A DNA stretch of 32,000 bases from Cylindrospermopsis raciborskii Cr2010 (GTDB lineage: Bacteria > Cyanobacteriota > Cyanobacteriia > Cyanobacteriales > Nostocaceae), in NCBI RefSeq assembly GCF_003367075.2, contig NZ_CP065936.1, forward strand, positions 1,290,001 to 1,322,000. Reading direction: 5' to 3'. The position numbers were made by a program, and so were the translations under genes. Within the stretch, counting starts at the first letter, position 1. Every line of letters begins with the position of its first letter. The notes beneath the pieces were generated by a model, which was not told the DNA's origin, searched no databases, and was given only the letters and a program-made list of their open reading frames with translations. Below, one piece after another: positions 13,043 through 22,353 of this stretch.

Positions 13043-14197
13043 ATGTTACAGAAAATACCTCTATCTTGGCTACAACTAACAAGAGAAAAAACTCGCCTAG
13101 CTGTGGCTTTATCAGGTATTGCTTTTGCTGATATTTTGATGTTTATGCAGTTAGGTTTTCGAGATGCATTATATTATAGTAATGTGAGAATGCACAGCAG
13201 TTTAAAGGGCGATATTGTAATTATTAATAATCAATCTAATGCTGTGTTGGCCATGAAACCTTTTTCCTCGCGACGGCTATATAAGGCTTTAGATGCACCC
13301 AGTGTTTCGTCTGTTCATCCTATCTATTTAGATTATACTAGCTGGAAAAATCCAGTTACTGGTCGTTCCCGCAGTATTCTGACTTTTGGATTTAATCCAG
13401 AATATAATGTTTTTGATTTACCAGGAGTCTCTAACAATATTGATAAATTAAAACTTCCTGATGTGGTATTATTTGACCGTTCTTCCAGAGTAGAATATGG
13501 TCCAATTGCTAGTGATTTCGACCAGGGTAAAACTGTTACAGCAGAGATTAAAAGACGACGGGTTCAAGTAGTGGGATTATTTACTTTGGGTGCATCCTTT
13601 GGAGCAGATGGTAATTTAATTACTAGTGATGTGAATTTCTTGAGGATATTTCGTAATCGTCAACTGGGATTAATTGATATTGGGTTAGTCCGCATTAAAC
13701 CAGGAGCAGATGTTAATCAAGTTGCCACCTATTTGCGAGGCTATTTACCACCAGATGTGAATGTTTTAACTAAGCAGGAATTTATAGATTTTGAAAGAAA
13801 CTATTGGGCAACTAGTACTGCTATCGGGTTTATTTTTACTTTGGGGACAATCATGGGATTTATTGTGGGAACTGTGATTGTTTATCAAATTCTTTATACG
13901 GAGGTAACAGATCATCTATCAGAATATGCCACTCTTAAAGCTATAGGTTACACCCAAAACTATCTATTAAGTGTGATTTTACAAGAGGCTTTCATGTTGG
14001 CAATTTTAGGCTATGTCCCTGGCTTTTTTTCCGTTCTATTCCTTTACCAGGTCGCTAAAAATGCCACACTTTTACCAGTAATGATGAGCTACGGTCGAGC
14101 AATCATGGTATTGATATTAACTATTATTATGTGTTTTATTTCCGGAGCTATTGCCATTAGAAAGTTACGCTCGGCCGATCCAGCAGATATTTTTTAA
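13043..14197 (+). CDS. devC: DevC family ABC exporter permease
   Basis: IPLSWLQLTREKTRLAVALSGIAFADILMFMQLGFRDALYYS; four predicted transmembrane segments with a large extracytoplasmic loop (FtsX/MacB-like topology). Confidence 0.87.
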   Translation: MLQKIPLSWLQLTREKTRLAVALSGIAFADILMFMQLGFRDALYYSNVRMHSSLKGDIVIINNQSNAVLAMKPFSSRRLYKALDAPSVSSVHPIYLDYTSWKNPVTGRSRSILTFGFNPEYNVFDLPGVSNNIDKLKLPDVVLFDRSSRVEYGPIASDFDQGKTVTAEIKRRRVQVVGLFTLGASFGADGNLITSDVNFLRIFRNRQLGLIDIGLVRIKPGADVNQVATYLRGYLPPDVNVLTKQEFIDFERNYWATSTAIGFIFTLGTIMGFIVGTVIVYQILYTEVTDHLSEYATLKAIGYTQNYLLSVILQEAFMLAILGYVPGFFSVLFLYQVAKNATLLPVMMSYGRAIMVLILTIIMCFISGAIAIRKLRSADPADIF

Positions 14198-14238
14198 AAA
14201 CTCTCCACAACATCACTCATTAATATTAGGAGTCATAT

Positions 14239-14940
14239 ATGAATTATAAGAAACCAGTAATCTCTGTTAAAAATCTTAACCACTACTATGGTAAGGGAAT
14301 CCTCAAAAGGCAAATTCTCTTTGACATCAATCTGGATGTATATTCGGGAGAAATTGTCATTATGACTGGTCCTTCAGGTTCAGGTAAAACTACTTTATTA
14401 AGTCTCATTGGTGGTTTACGCTCGGTTCAAGAGGGTAGTCTCAAGTTTTTGGGCAAGGAATTATTGGCAGCTCGTCAAGATCAATTGGTACAAATTAGAC
14501 GCAATATCGGGTACATTTTTCAAGCACACAATTTATTGGGTTTCTTAACTGCTAGACAAAATGTGCAAATGGCAGTGGAATTAAATGATAATATTTCTCC
14601 ACTCCAGGCTATGAAAAAATCAACTACCATGCTGGAAGCAGTTGGTCTGGGTTCACGAATTAACTATTATCCCGATAATTTATCGGGGGGGCAAAAACAA
14701 AGAATTGCTATCGCCCGTGCTTTAGTCAATCATCCCCCCCTCGTTTTGGCTGATGAACCTACAGCGGCGCTAGATAAACAGTCCGGACGTGATGTGGTAG
14801 AAATTATGCAGCGCTTGGCTAAGGAACAAGGTACTGCTATTCTACTGGTTACCCATGATAATCGCATCCTCGATATAGCTGATCGCATTCTAGAAATGGA
14901 AGATGGTTTATTGACCCGCGACTCCTCCACCATAACTTAA
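14239..14940 (+). CDS. devA: DevA family ABC exporter ATP-binding protein
   Basis: VKNLNHYYGKGILKRQILFDINLDVYSGEIVIMTGPSGSGKTTLLSLIGGLRSVQEGSLKFLG; LSGGQKQRIAIARAL; LADEPTAALD. Confidence 0.88.
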   Translation: MNYKKPVISVKNLNHYYGKGILKRQILFDINLDVYSGEIVIMTGPSGSGKTTLLSLIGGLRSVQEGSLKFLGKELLAARQDQLVQIRRNIGYIFQAHNLLGFLTARQNVQMAVELNDNISPLQAMKKSTTMLEAVGLGSRINYYPDNLSGGQKQRIAIARALVNHPPLVLADEPTAALDKQSGRDVVEIMQRLAKEQGTAILLVTHDNRILDIADRILEMEDGLLTRDSSTIT

Positions 14941-15975
14941 TGAATGATCCTCCTTAACTTCTATTACCAAATCTACTGGCAATGATTTTGGGGGTGATTT
15001 TATTAAGAGCTCCATAAATAATTCTGGATGTAATGATCGCCAAAAATACTTGACAAATTCTTCTATTTGTCCATCGTTCATACCTGAAAAACCCGCAGCA
15101 ATCATTTTATGTTCTGCTTCTTTACGCCACTTTAAAGAAAATCTGTAATCAGTTGGTTTAAGTATTATTAAACTATCTATTTTTTGCCACAGAGGTACAT
15201 AAGCTCCTAACTGCTGGTTCCTATGACGGGCAAAAGCCTGATCTTCTGGGGTGATAATCGGTGCTGGTGCATTAGTAAATGTTTCTGGGTCTATGGGTAA
15301 CACCCCCACAAACCAACCTTCAAATAACACTATATCAACTTGATCTATTATTTCTGGGGTAGTGCGATCGCCTATTCCACAAAGGGCGGATTTATCAAAA
15401 CGGGGAACTGTCACGGGAAACTTGTTTTGGAGAATCTGATCCAGTAGGCTTAAACCTAGGTGAATATCGTGGGTTCCTGGTGGACCTCGCCAAATCAATC
15501 GGGGGTCTTGCTCTCTTAACTTCACGCGATCGCTGTGAGTTTTATATAAATCATCCAATGATAGACTTAAACTAGAGTATCCCAAGTGTCGGAGAACCAG
15601 GTTGAGGATCTGGCACATTGTGGTTTTACCCGTGCCCTGGGGACCTAAAATCCCCTGAATCATAGGCCTCCCTAAACTTTTTCTGCTCGAGGCAATTTTT
15701 ACCCCCAGGGGTAGCCATAAGTCCCATAATGCCTGTAACATGGTTTGGGTGGGTATTTGCAGGTTATTTTCGCACAGTTGCTTAAAATCCGGAAAAACAC
15801 ACCTAAGAAGAGATAATCGCTCTTCCACAACCTGGTTTACATTCTCAGGGGTAATGCCAAATAGCTTTGCCCCAGCTTCCCATGTCCTAACTTCTTGTGC
15901 TAAAACTTGCCAATGTTCCCTTTCACCCGCAAGTAAACTTGCCAGTGAGACCTGACTGAGCCAACTGTTGCTCAT
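14908..15975 (-). CDS. D-glycerate 3-kinase
   Basis: P-loop GILGPQGTGKTTMCQIL, LSLDDLYKTHSDRVKLREQDPRLIWRGPPGTHD, PRFDKSALCGIGDR, VLFEGWFVGVLPI. Confidence 0.92.
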   Translation of the reverse strand: MSNSWLSQVSLASLLAGEREHWQVLAQEVRTWEAGAKLFGITPENVNQVVEERLSLLRCVFPDFKQLCENNLQIPTQTMLQALWDLWLPLGVKIASSRKSLGRPMIQGILGPQGTGKTTMCQILNLVLRHLGYSSLSLSLDDLYKTHSDRVKLREQDPRLIWRGPPGTHDIHLGLSLLDQILQNKFPVTVPRFDKSALCGIGDRTTPEIIDQVDIVLFEGWFVGVLPIDPETFTNAPAPIITPEDQAFARHRNQQLGAYVPLWQKIDSLIILKPTDYRFSLKWRKEAEHKMIAAGFSGMNDGQIEEFVKYFWRSLHPELFMELLIKSPPKSLPVDLVIEVKEDHSLSYGGGVAGQ

Positions 15976-16014
15976 AACTGATACTCACGAACTTACTCAA
16001 AACAACTTTCTACC

Positions 16015-16377
16015 CTAGGAACCTAATTTGAAGGCCTCTAAAAACAGACTATATATTAAACCAATCTTGAGCCAATTGAGGGATTCGACCCAAATGGCTC
16101 GTTGAGAAAAAAACCCACGACTATAGAACAATCTGCTGGCAACTTCCGTCAGTAAAACCAAGACAGCAGCGGCCCATATATCCAGTTGAGCTTGTTGTCC
16201 TGCGGTGGTGGAAACTACTGATCCCAAAAAAAAACCAAATAGCCAACTAATCAACAACAGACATAATCGTCGCCAAGGGTTCATGAACCATTGTGCCACA
16301 TTTGTGGCAATGGTATCTAACAAATTGTTAAGACGAGTATTCTGCATATAGATTGGGGGATGAATGAAATGGGACAA
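16015..16377 (-). CDS. Ycf20 / DUF565 family membrane protein
   Basis: NTRLNNLLDTIATNVAQWFMNPWRRLCLLLISWLFGFFLGSVVSTTAGQQAQLDIWAAAVLVLLTEVASRLFYSR; alternative start at 16347. Confidence 0.8.
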   Translation of the reverse strand: MSHFIHPPIYMQNTRLNNLLDTIATNVAQWFMNPWRRLCLLLISWLFGFFLGSVVSTTAGQQAQLDIWAAAVLVLLTEVASRLFYSRGFFSQRAIWVESLNWLKIGLIYSLFLEAFKLGS

Positions 16378-16428
16378 GAGTTAATTATCTAATGTCTAAC
16401 TGCTATTCGCAAACTATTACTGAAAACT

Positions 16429-16986
16429 ATGATTATCAAATCCCCCGCACATCTTAAATTCACAGTTATAACTTTTACATTAATTATGCTAGGGCTACTG
16501 GGGGGATGTTTAGGACTGACTGTGTCCTTTGATTCCCAACCCTCCGATAGTATATCGCAAGCACCAGAGAAATCACCACTTTTGGAAAATGATACAGCTA
16601 CACCAAGTCCCCAGTTCCAGCAGGTTGAACCTAAGACAATTAGTGACCGAACACTGGAAAAGAGCAAATTTGGCAATTTACGCATCAGTAATAAGACATA
16701 TCAACCAATTCGTTTAGCCTTGTTGTTACGACATTCCCCATCCTCTCCTTCAGGGAAAAAAGGTTTAATTCCTGCTCATTGGGACTTTGCTCCCCAAGAA
16801 GGTAGTCAGGGAGGTTTAATACTGTCCTTACCAGATGGTAGTTTGAAGTTGGAAAAAGGGGATATTTTGGTAGCTTTTGCTCAAGATGGCTCACGACGTT
16901 ATTGGGGACCGTATATTGTGGGGGAAACCTCTGATCCATTATGGGATCCCAAAACTAGAGAATGGCAATTAACACTTGTCCCTTAA
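16429..16986 (+). CDS. Putative lipoprotein of unknown function
   Basis: Lipobox-like LLGGC after a hydrophobic stretch; conserved-looking globular C-terminus (ISNKTYQPIRLALLLRH..HWDFAPQEGSQGGLILSLPDGSLKLEKGDILVAFAQDGSRRYWGPYIV). Overlapping minus-strand ORFs look spurious. Confidence 0.75.
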   Translation: MIIKSPAHLKFTVITFTLIMLGLLGGCLGLTVSFDSQPSDSISQAPEKSPLLENDTATPSPQFQQVEPKTISDRTLEKSKFGNLRISNKTYQPIRLALLLRHSPSSPSGKKGLIPAHWDFAPQEGSQGGLILSLPDGSLKLEKGDILVAFAQDGSRRYWGPYIVGETSDPLWDPKTREWQLTLVP

Positions 16987-17030
16987 TTAACTCAATTCAT
17001 TTTTAGTTTGTATTTGCGGGTCGTGACTTT

Positions 17031-18860
17031 ATGAGGCTAAAATCAATTAATTTATCTCCTATAAGATACTGGTTTCAAAACGTGGGCGATAATTCCATAT
17101 TGATAACAATTTTTACCCTAATCTGGTTGTTAGGAATTAATTTTATTGCGTTTATATGGAACCTGGGAAGTGTGGGACTAATAGATGAAACTGAGCCATT
17201 GTTTGCTGAAGCATCCCGACAAATGTTGATCACTGGAGATTGGATCACACCTTTTTTCGATGGTCAAACACGGTTTGATAAGCCAGCTTTAATTTATTGG
17301 TTCCAGGCGATCGCTTATAAGATTATGGGTGTCAATGAATGGGCAGTACGCATACCCTCAGCCTTAGCTGCTATTAGTGTCACAGTTATGTCTTTTTATG
17401 TAGTAAAGTGGCACTTTACCGAAAAAGACCGATTAGACCAAACAACTAACCTCCCTCGTCGTTATTTTATAGCCACCCTGACATCGGGTATGATAGCTCT
17501 CAACCCAGAAATGATTGTTTGGGGAAGGGTAGGGGTTTCAGATATGCTACTCACTGGTGGTATTGCTTGTTCTTTACTCAGTTTTTTTGTGGGTTATGCC
17601 CAGAATTCTCCCCCCTCCCGCTGGCCTAATCCATGGTATGTCACCAGTTATGTTTTGATGGGTGCAGCGGTTCTCACCAAAGGACCTGTGGGTATAGTTC
17701 TCCCCGGATTTATTCTCATTGCCTTTGCTTTATATCTAGGCAAGTTTAAACAACTATGGCAAGAAGCTCAACCAGTCCTTGGCATATTCATTGTTGTAAT
17801 CATTAATGCCCCTTGGTATGTTTTAGTAACTTGGCGCAATGGATGGAACTTCATTAATACCTTCTTTGGCTATCACAACATAGAACGTTTCACAGAAGTG
17901 GTGAACGGTCATTCAGCTCCTTGGTATTTTTATTTCCTGGTGGTGTTATTTGGTTTTCTACCCTACTCTGTATTTCTCCCAGCAGCTTTAATCAAATTCA
18001 TAGGGTGGAAATTTTGGCAGAACTCCTGGCGCTCTTACATAATATCACAAGAACGTTCTCAACACTTGGGTTTGTTTGCCTGTTTTTGGTTCCTGGGTGT
18101 ATTTATCTTCTTCACCATTGCTACCACAAAACTTCCTAGTTATGTATTACCCCTTATGCCAGCTGCAGGTATTCTTATAGGTTTGTTTAGTAGCGATTTA
18201 TTTACTCATAAACCAACTGATAAATCTTTTCGTCTCAGCAGTTGGGCAAATGTGGCTTTTTCATTAACCATTGCGATCGCTTTACTTCATGTTTTACAAC
18301 TTTTCGGTACAGACTCAGCTGCTCCTGAATTTTATCAAAAACTACAACATTCAGGTTTGACTAACCTGGGGGGGTGGATTTGGTTAACTACGGCTATTGC
18401 GGTTGCCTGTTTAAACTTAATTCGTAGTTATAGAATAGTTCTTCCCACCAATATTCTGGCATTTGTAATATTCCTAGCACTTGTGCTTATGCCTGCATTA
18501 TTTATGATGGATGAAGAACGTCAAGCTCCTTTAAGACAATTATCCGCACTTGCTGTATCTGAAATAAAACCCCATGAGGAATTAGTCATGGTAGGTTTTC
18601 AAAAACCAACCGTAAGTTTTTATTCCCGAAAAGCAGTCACCTATCTGGAGGATGCACAGGAAGCGTTGGATTACATTCGCACCCAAAGTGTCACTACTAA
18701 AAATTCACATTCCTTACTGCTTTTATTGGAACAGCAAGAATTCATGACCATGAGTTTACCACTAGAAAATTATAAACCTATGGGTAAAAAAGGTGCTTAC
18801 CATCTAATTCGTGTACCTTTACCACCCATAAAAAAGAGTCATTCTCTTTCTAAGGCTTGA
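17031..18860 (+). CDS. Glycosyltransferase family 39 / ArnT-like membrane glycosyltransferase
   Basis: LIDETEPLFAEASRQMLITGDWITPFFDGQTRFDKPALIYWFQAIAYKIMGVNEWAVRIPSALAAI; many transmembrane helices; FTIATTKLPSYVLPLMPA. Confidence 0.88.
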   Translation: MRLKSINLSPIRYWFQNVGDNSILITIFTLIWLLGINFIAFIWNLGSVGLIDETEPLFAEASRQMLITGDWITPFFDGQTRFDKPALIYWFQAIAYKIMGVNEWAVRIPSALAAISVTVMSFYVVKWHFTEKDRLDQTTNLPRRYFIATLTSGMIALNPEMIVWGRVGVSDMLLTGGIACSLLSFFVGYAQNSPPSRWPNPWYVTSYVLMGAAVLTKGPVGIVLPGFILIAFALYLGKFKQLWQEAQPVLGIFIVVIINAPWYVLVTWRNGWNFINTFFGYHNIERFTEVVNGHSAPWYFYFLVVLFGFLPYSVFLPAALIKFIGWKFWQNSWRSYIISQERSQHLGLFACFWFLGVFIFFTIATTKLPSYVLPLMPAAGILIGLFSSDLFTHKPTDKSFRLSSWANVAFSLTIAIALLHVLQLFGTDSAAPEFYQKLQHSGLTNLGGWIWLTTAIAVACLNLIRSYRIVLPTNILAFVIFLALVLMPALFMMDEERQAPLRQLSALAVSEIKPHEELVMVGFQKPTVSFYSRKAVTYLEDAQEALDYIRTQSVTTKNSHSLLLLLEQQEFMTMSLPLENYKPMGKKGAYHLIRVPLPPIKKSHSLSKA

Positions 18861-21800
18861 TTAATTTCACCTAATAAGTCTTCCATGGAAATAGAACGAG
18901 GTAATAGCTGAGTAGCAACACCCTGATTAACCTTGCCCAACCTTCCCAATAAATTCACATTAATATCACTCGTCCTTTTATCAAGCACTAAAATTGGAGG
19001 TAACTTCACCTGCAAATTTGCAAGGGAATTTAATACATTTTCTATTTCCTGAGTTGCTGTAGCTTCCCCAATACAGAGTAATATCAAATCAACACTCTGA
19101 TGAATGATTTGTTGCACTAACTCCCGCCAACAGTTACCTATCCCCGCCTTAAAACCAGCAGTTTGTAAATATTGAATCAGTGCTTGAAACCATTCTCCAC
19201 CCACTTGAACCTTACTTGTAGAGTTTTGCTTTGCCACCAATTTCTGTGACTGCATCATATGCTTTAAAGAATATTGGGGAGAGTCTGATCTCTGAATGTT
19301 ACTTACTCTACTATGAGCGTGTTTACTGTTCACATCGGGTAAATCACTTAACATGGTTATATCCACTACTAATATATTTGGAGGACAACCAATACCAGAG
19401 GCAATTTCCAATACGGATACTAAATGATCTAAATTATGACCATGTATCGTTTCTTTGCCCATAGGCGTCAAGCAAGGAAAGACTCCCAACCCAGGTATTT
19501 GAGATGCTGCTAGGGTAGTAGCTGCATCACAGGTAACTAGAGGTATTTTGGCCAATCTGGGATATTGAGGTAACTGCTGTAAATACTTCTGCGCATTGAC
19601 ATTATCAGTATCTAACAAAATCACATCAAACTGCCATACCCTGGCCAAAATTTCCGCCTGTTCTAAATCATCCACTTCTATTACCCGATGCTCTGTTAAA
19701 GAGGGATGGGGATTGGATTCCAGTTCTGCACTAACTAGTCTAAGGATTTTTAAGGTTTTTTGTGTGGGTAAGGGTTCCTCCGACGGAGAATCTATCTTCT
19801 CTGATTTTGCTACCATACACCATCTTTCTACTATGGGAACCATAGCCGAATATTCCACTGGTAAGCTCAAAAAATCATCCGCTCTATTTAAGTAAGCCTG
19901 TTCTTTTTCTGCACCTGTAGCCGTAATAATTACGGGAATGTGTCGAGTCGCACTGTCTGATTTTAGCAGAGTTAGCACGTCCCAACCAGAAAGTAGAGGT
20001 AGTAGAGGATTTAAAAATATAGTCTTCGGTTGTAATCGTCTTGCTTTTTCCAGCGCTTCAGTTCCAGAACGAGCAATTACTACCCGATATCCCAAACTTT
20101 TCAGGTGTTGGGTAATTTCCTCTATATATCTACTGACTGCTTCCACAATCAAAATTAAACGCTGAGAAGATATTAATTGAGGTGTTTCCCCATTTCCCCC
20201 CGATGTGTCTGTAAAACTTGTTTTTGGCGGGGAGGGTGGCAATAACAAGGTAAATTGACTACCTTTACCTTCACGAGATAAAAAACTTACATCTCCTCCG
20301 TGTAACCGCGCCAATGCCCGGGTGAGGACTAATCCTAACCCAGTACCCTCAAACTGGCGATTTAGAGGGTTTTCTAACTGTTGGAATTTTTGGAAGATTA
20401 AATGTTGTTGGTGGTCAGGAATACCAATTCCCGTATCCCATACTGTAAAAGCAATCCATCCTTCCCATCTATTTACTCGCAGTCCCACTTTCCCAAAACT
20501 TTCGGTGAATTTGAAGGCATTGCCCAGCAAATGCACTAACATCTGTCTTAACCTTAGTTCATCCGCCACTATTTCTTTTAGTCCTGGTTCAATGCTCAAG
20601 CTAAATTCATGACTGGGCAATGATTCACCCTTTCTTCCTGTTTGATTATGTACCGATCTGGCTTCTACCAAAGCGCGATCGCACACTTCCTGAATTCGTA
20701 CTGGTGATGGTGTGAGTTCCATCTGTCCAGTTTCCATGCGTGTCAAATCTAAAATATCATTCACCACACTCATCAAATGACGACCACTTTGATGAATGAG
20801 TCCTGCATAGCGAGCTTGTCTTTCGTTTAATTCTCCTAAATTCTTATCCACTAAAAGTCTTGACAAACCCAAAACTGCTGTTAGGGGAGTTTTCAACTCA
20901 TGGCTAATACAAGCTAGGAATTCATCTTTTAACCGGTTAAGTTGAATTAAATCCGCATTTTTAGCAGCTAATTCCTTAAAAAGTTGTTGTTGTTCGGTTA
21001 CATCTGTGGCCAAGACTAACCATAGGTCCTTGGTTAAAAGTTGTGAATTTTCCTTTGTTAATGTCAATTGTGATTCCGGACCCCAGATTTTCAGTTCTCG
21101 ACTATCTAGGGGGATTTTAGCAAACTGCCAAATTCGTTCCTGGCCATTTTGCACCTCTACCACACAGATACAAGTACCCTGTTGAGAGTCTAGATAGCAG
21201 TAATTGGGGGAATCATTGGCTTTACTGTAGGATTCCTCTATTGTGTTTAAATCTGGTTGATAATCTTGTGTATGTTTTAAATTAAGTTTATTTATCTCTA
21301 AAGGTTTTTCTATAGAGAAACTAGATTTTACATATTCACTGATACGGGTGTGATTATGAATAGGTTGTGGAACTTGCATTTTAACTGCTGTTAAAATGCT
21401 TTCCACCTGCATTCTAATCCCTTCAGGATCCTTCAAAACTCCCAATTGTTCCCACCAAGCAGGATTTTTAGTTAGGATCTCACCGTTTCCGGTTTGCAAC
21501 ATCAAGGGCCAAGGTAATCGCTCTAACAATTGAACAAAAGGATTTCTTTGCCAGGGGCGAGTTGTTTTCCTCTGAATATCATCAGTTTTCTGGGGAGGAT
21601 TGTCTTCCTTAATAACCTTACTATGACTAGTAAAAAAAGCTAATAGGCGTTTACTGTCAAGTAAACCCAAGAACTTCCCATCTGAGTCAACTAAGGCCCA
21701 GTCTAAACTTGAGTTCTTTTGATGTTTTGGATAGCGTAACAACAGGCCCAGTTTATTTAGGGAATTGGATGCTACAATAGTCTCTAGTGGGGAAATAAGA

Positions 21801-22045
21801 TTAGAATGGCAGATAGAGATAGGTTGTTCCAGATTTAAAAGTGTTTTTTCACCAGTGGTCAACAATTTACCCATTAATTTAGTGGTAGACAACATTCCCA
21901 GGGGAGAATGTTGGGAATTGAGCACCACTAGACGGTCACACTGCTCCTTGGCAAAAATTTCCATAACTACTGCTAGAGTAGTTGTTTCGGAGCAGGTAGG
22001 TACAGTTGCCAGAAAATCATAAAGTGGGCATTCTAGCATTAACAT
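18839..22045 (-). CDS. Hybrid sensor histidine kinase: CBS-like N-terminus, PAS-like region, HisKA, HATPase, then several receiver-like domains
   Basis: H-box FLACISHELKTPLTAVLG, N-box LLGNAFKFTE, G boxes WDTGIGI and GTGLGL, and receiver-like C-terminal segments (IFLNPLLPLLSGWDV; VILLDTDN; VDLILLCIGE). Confidence 0.9.
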   Translation of the reverse strand: MLMLECPLYDFLATVPTCSETTTLAVVMEIFAKEQCDRLVVLNSQHSPLGMLSTTKLMGKLLTTGEKTLLNLEQPISICHSNLISPLETIVASNSLNKLGLLLRYPKHQKNSSLDWALVDSDGKFLGLLDSKRLLAFFTSHSKVIKEDNPPQKTDDIQRKTTRPWQRNPFVQLLERLPWPLMLQTGNGEILTKNPAWWEQLGVLKDPEGIRMQVESILTAVKMQVPQPIHNHTRISEYVKSSFSIEKPLEINKLNLKHTQDYQPDLNTIEESYSKANDSPNYCYLDSQQGTCICVVEVQNGQERIWQFAKIPLDSRELKIWGPESQLTLTKENSQLLTKDLWLVLATDVTEQQQLFKELAAKNADLIQLNRLKDEFLACISHELKTPLTAVLGLSRLLVDKNLGELNERQARYAGLIHQSGRHLMSVVNDILDLTRMETGQMELTPSPVRIQEVCDRALVEARSVHNQTGRKGESLPSHEFSLSIEPGLKEIVADELRLRQMLVHLLGNAFKFTESFGKVGLRVNRWEGWIAFTVWDTGIGIPDHQQHLIFQKFQQLENPLNRQFEGTGLGLVLTRALARLHGGDVSFLSREGKGSQFTLLLPPSPPKTSFTDTSGGNGETPQLISSQRLILIVEAVSRYIEEITQHLKSLGYRVVIARSGTEALEKARRLQPKTIFLNPLLPLLSGWDVLTLLKSDSATRHIPVIITATGAEKEQAYLNRADDFLSLPVEYSAMVPIVERWCMVAKSEKIDSPSEEPLPTQKTLKILRLVSAELESNPHPSLTEHRVIEVDDLEQAEILARVWQFDVILLDTDNVNAQKYLQQLPQYPRLAKIPLVTCDAATTLAASQIPGLGVFPCLTPMGKETIHGHNLDHLVSVLEIASGIGCPPNILVVDITMLSDLPDVNSKHAHSRVSNIQRSDSPQYSLKHMMQSQKLVAKQNSTSKVQVGGEWFQALIQYLQTAGFKAGIGNCWRELVQQIIHQSVDLILLCIGEATATQEIENVLNSLANLQVKLPPILVLDKRTSDINVNLLGRLGKVNQGVATQLLPRSISMEDLLGEINQALERE

Positions 22046-22353
22046 AAGCCTTGGGGGTCTTTTTTGCTGTAGTTAGTATCCACAGGCACTTTGACCGGGT
22101 CACTGACTGCCAACACACTAATGTCATAGGAACTGCGTCAGCAACGGTCATGGCTAAAACAATTATTACTCCAAATATTGGTTTTAGAACCTTGAGGAAT
22201 TATAATGATTAATATTGAGACAATACTTCAATTTTGTTTATTTATCTTATCAGTGTGGTAATCTAATGACTATGAGCTGGCGATTTCATTTGGGAGAAAA
22301 GTGCGGCTATGGTTATTTCCATATTAACCAAATATACAAGCAAACCAACATAA

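Noticed and set aside
19231-20612. Several plus-strand ORFs (19231, 19596, 19938, 20322) antisense to the hybrid kinase
   Set aside because: Low-complexity translations without recognisable domains, fully inside a well-supported CDS on the opposite strand.
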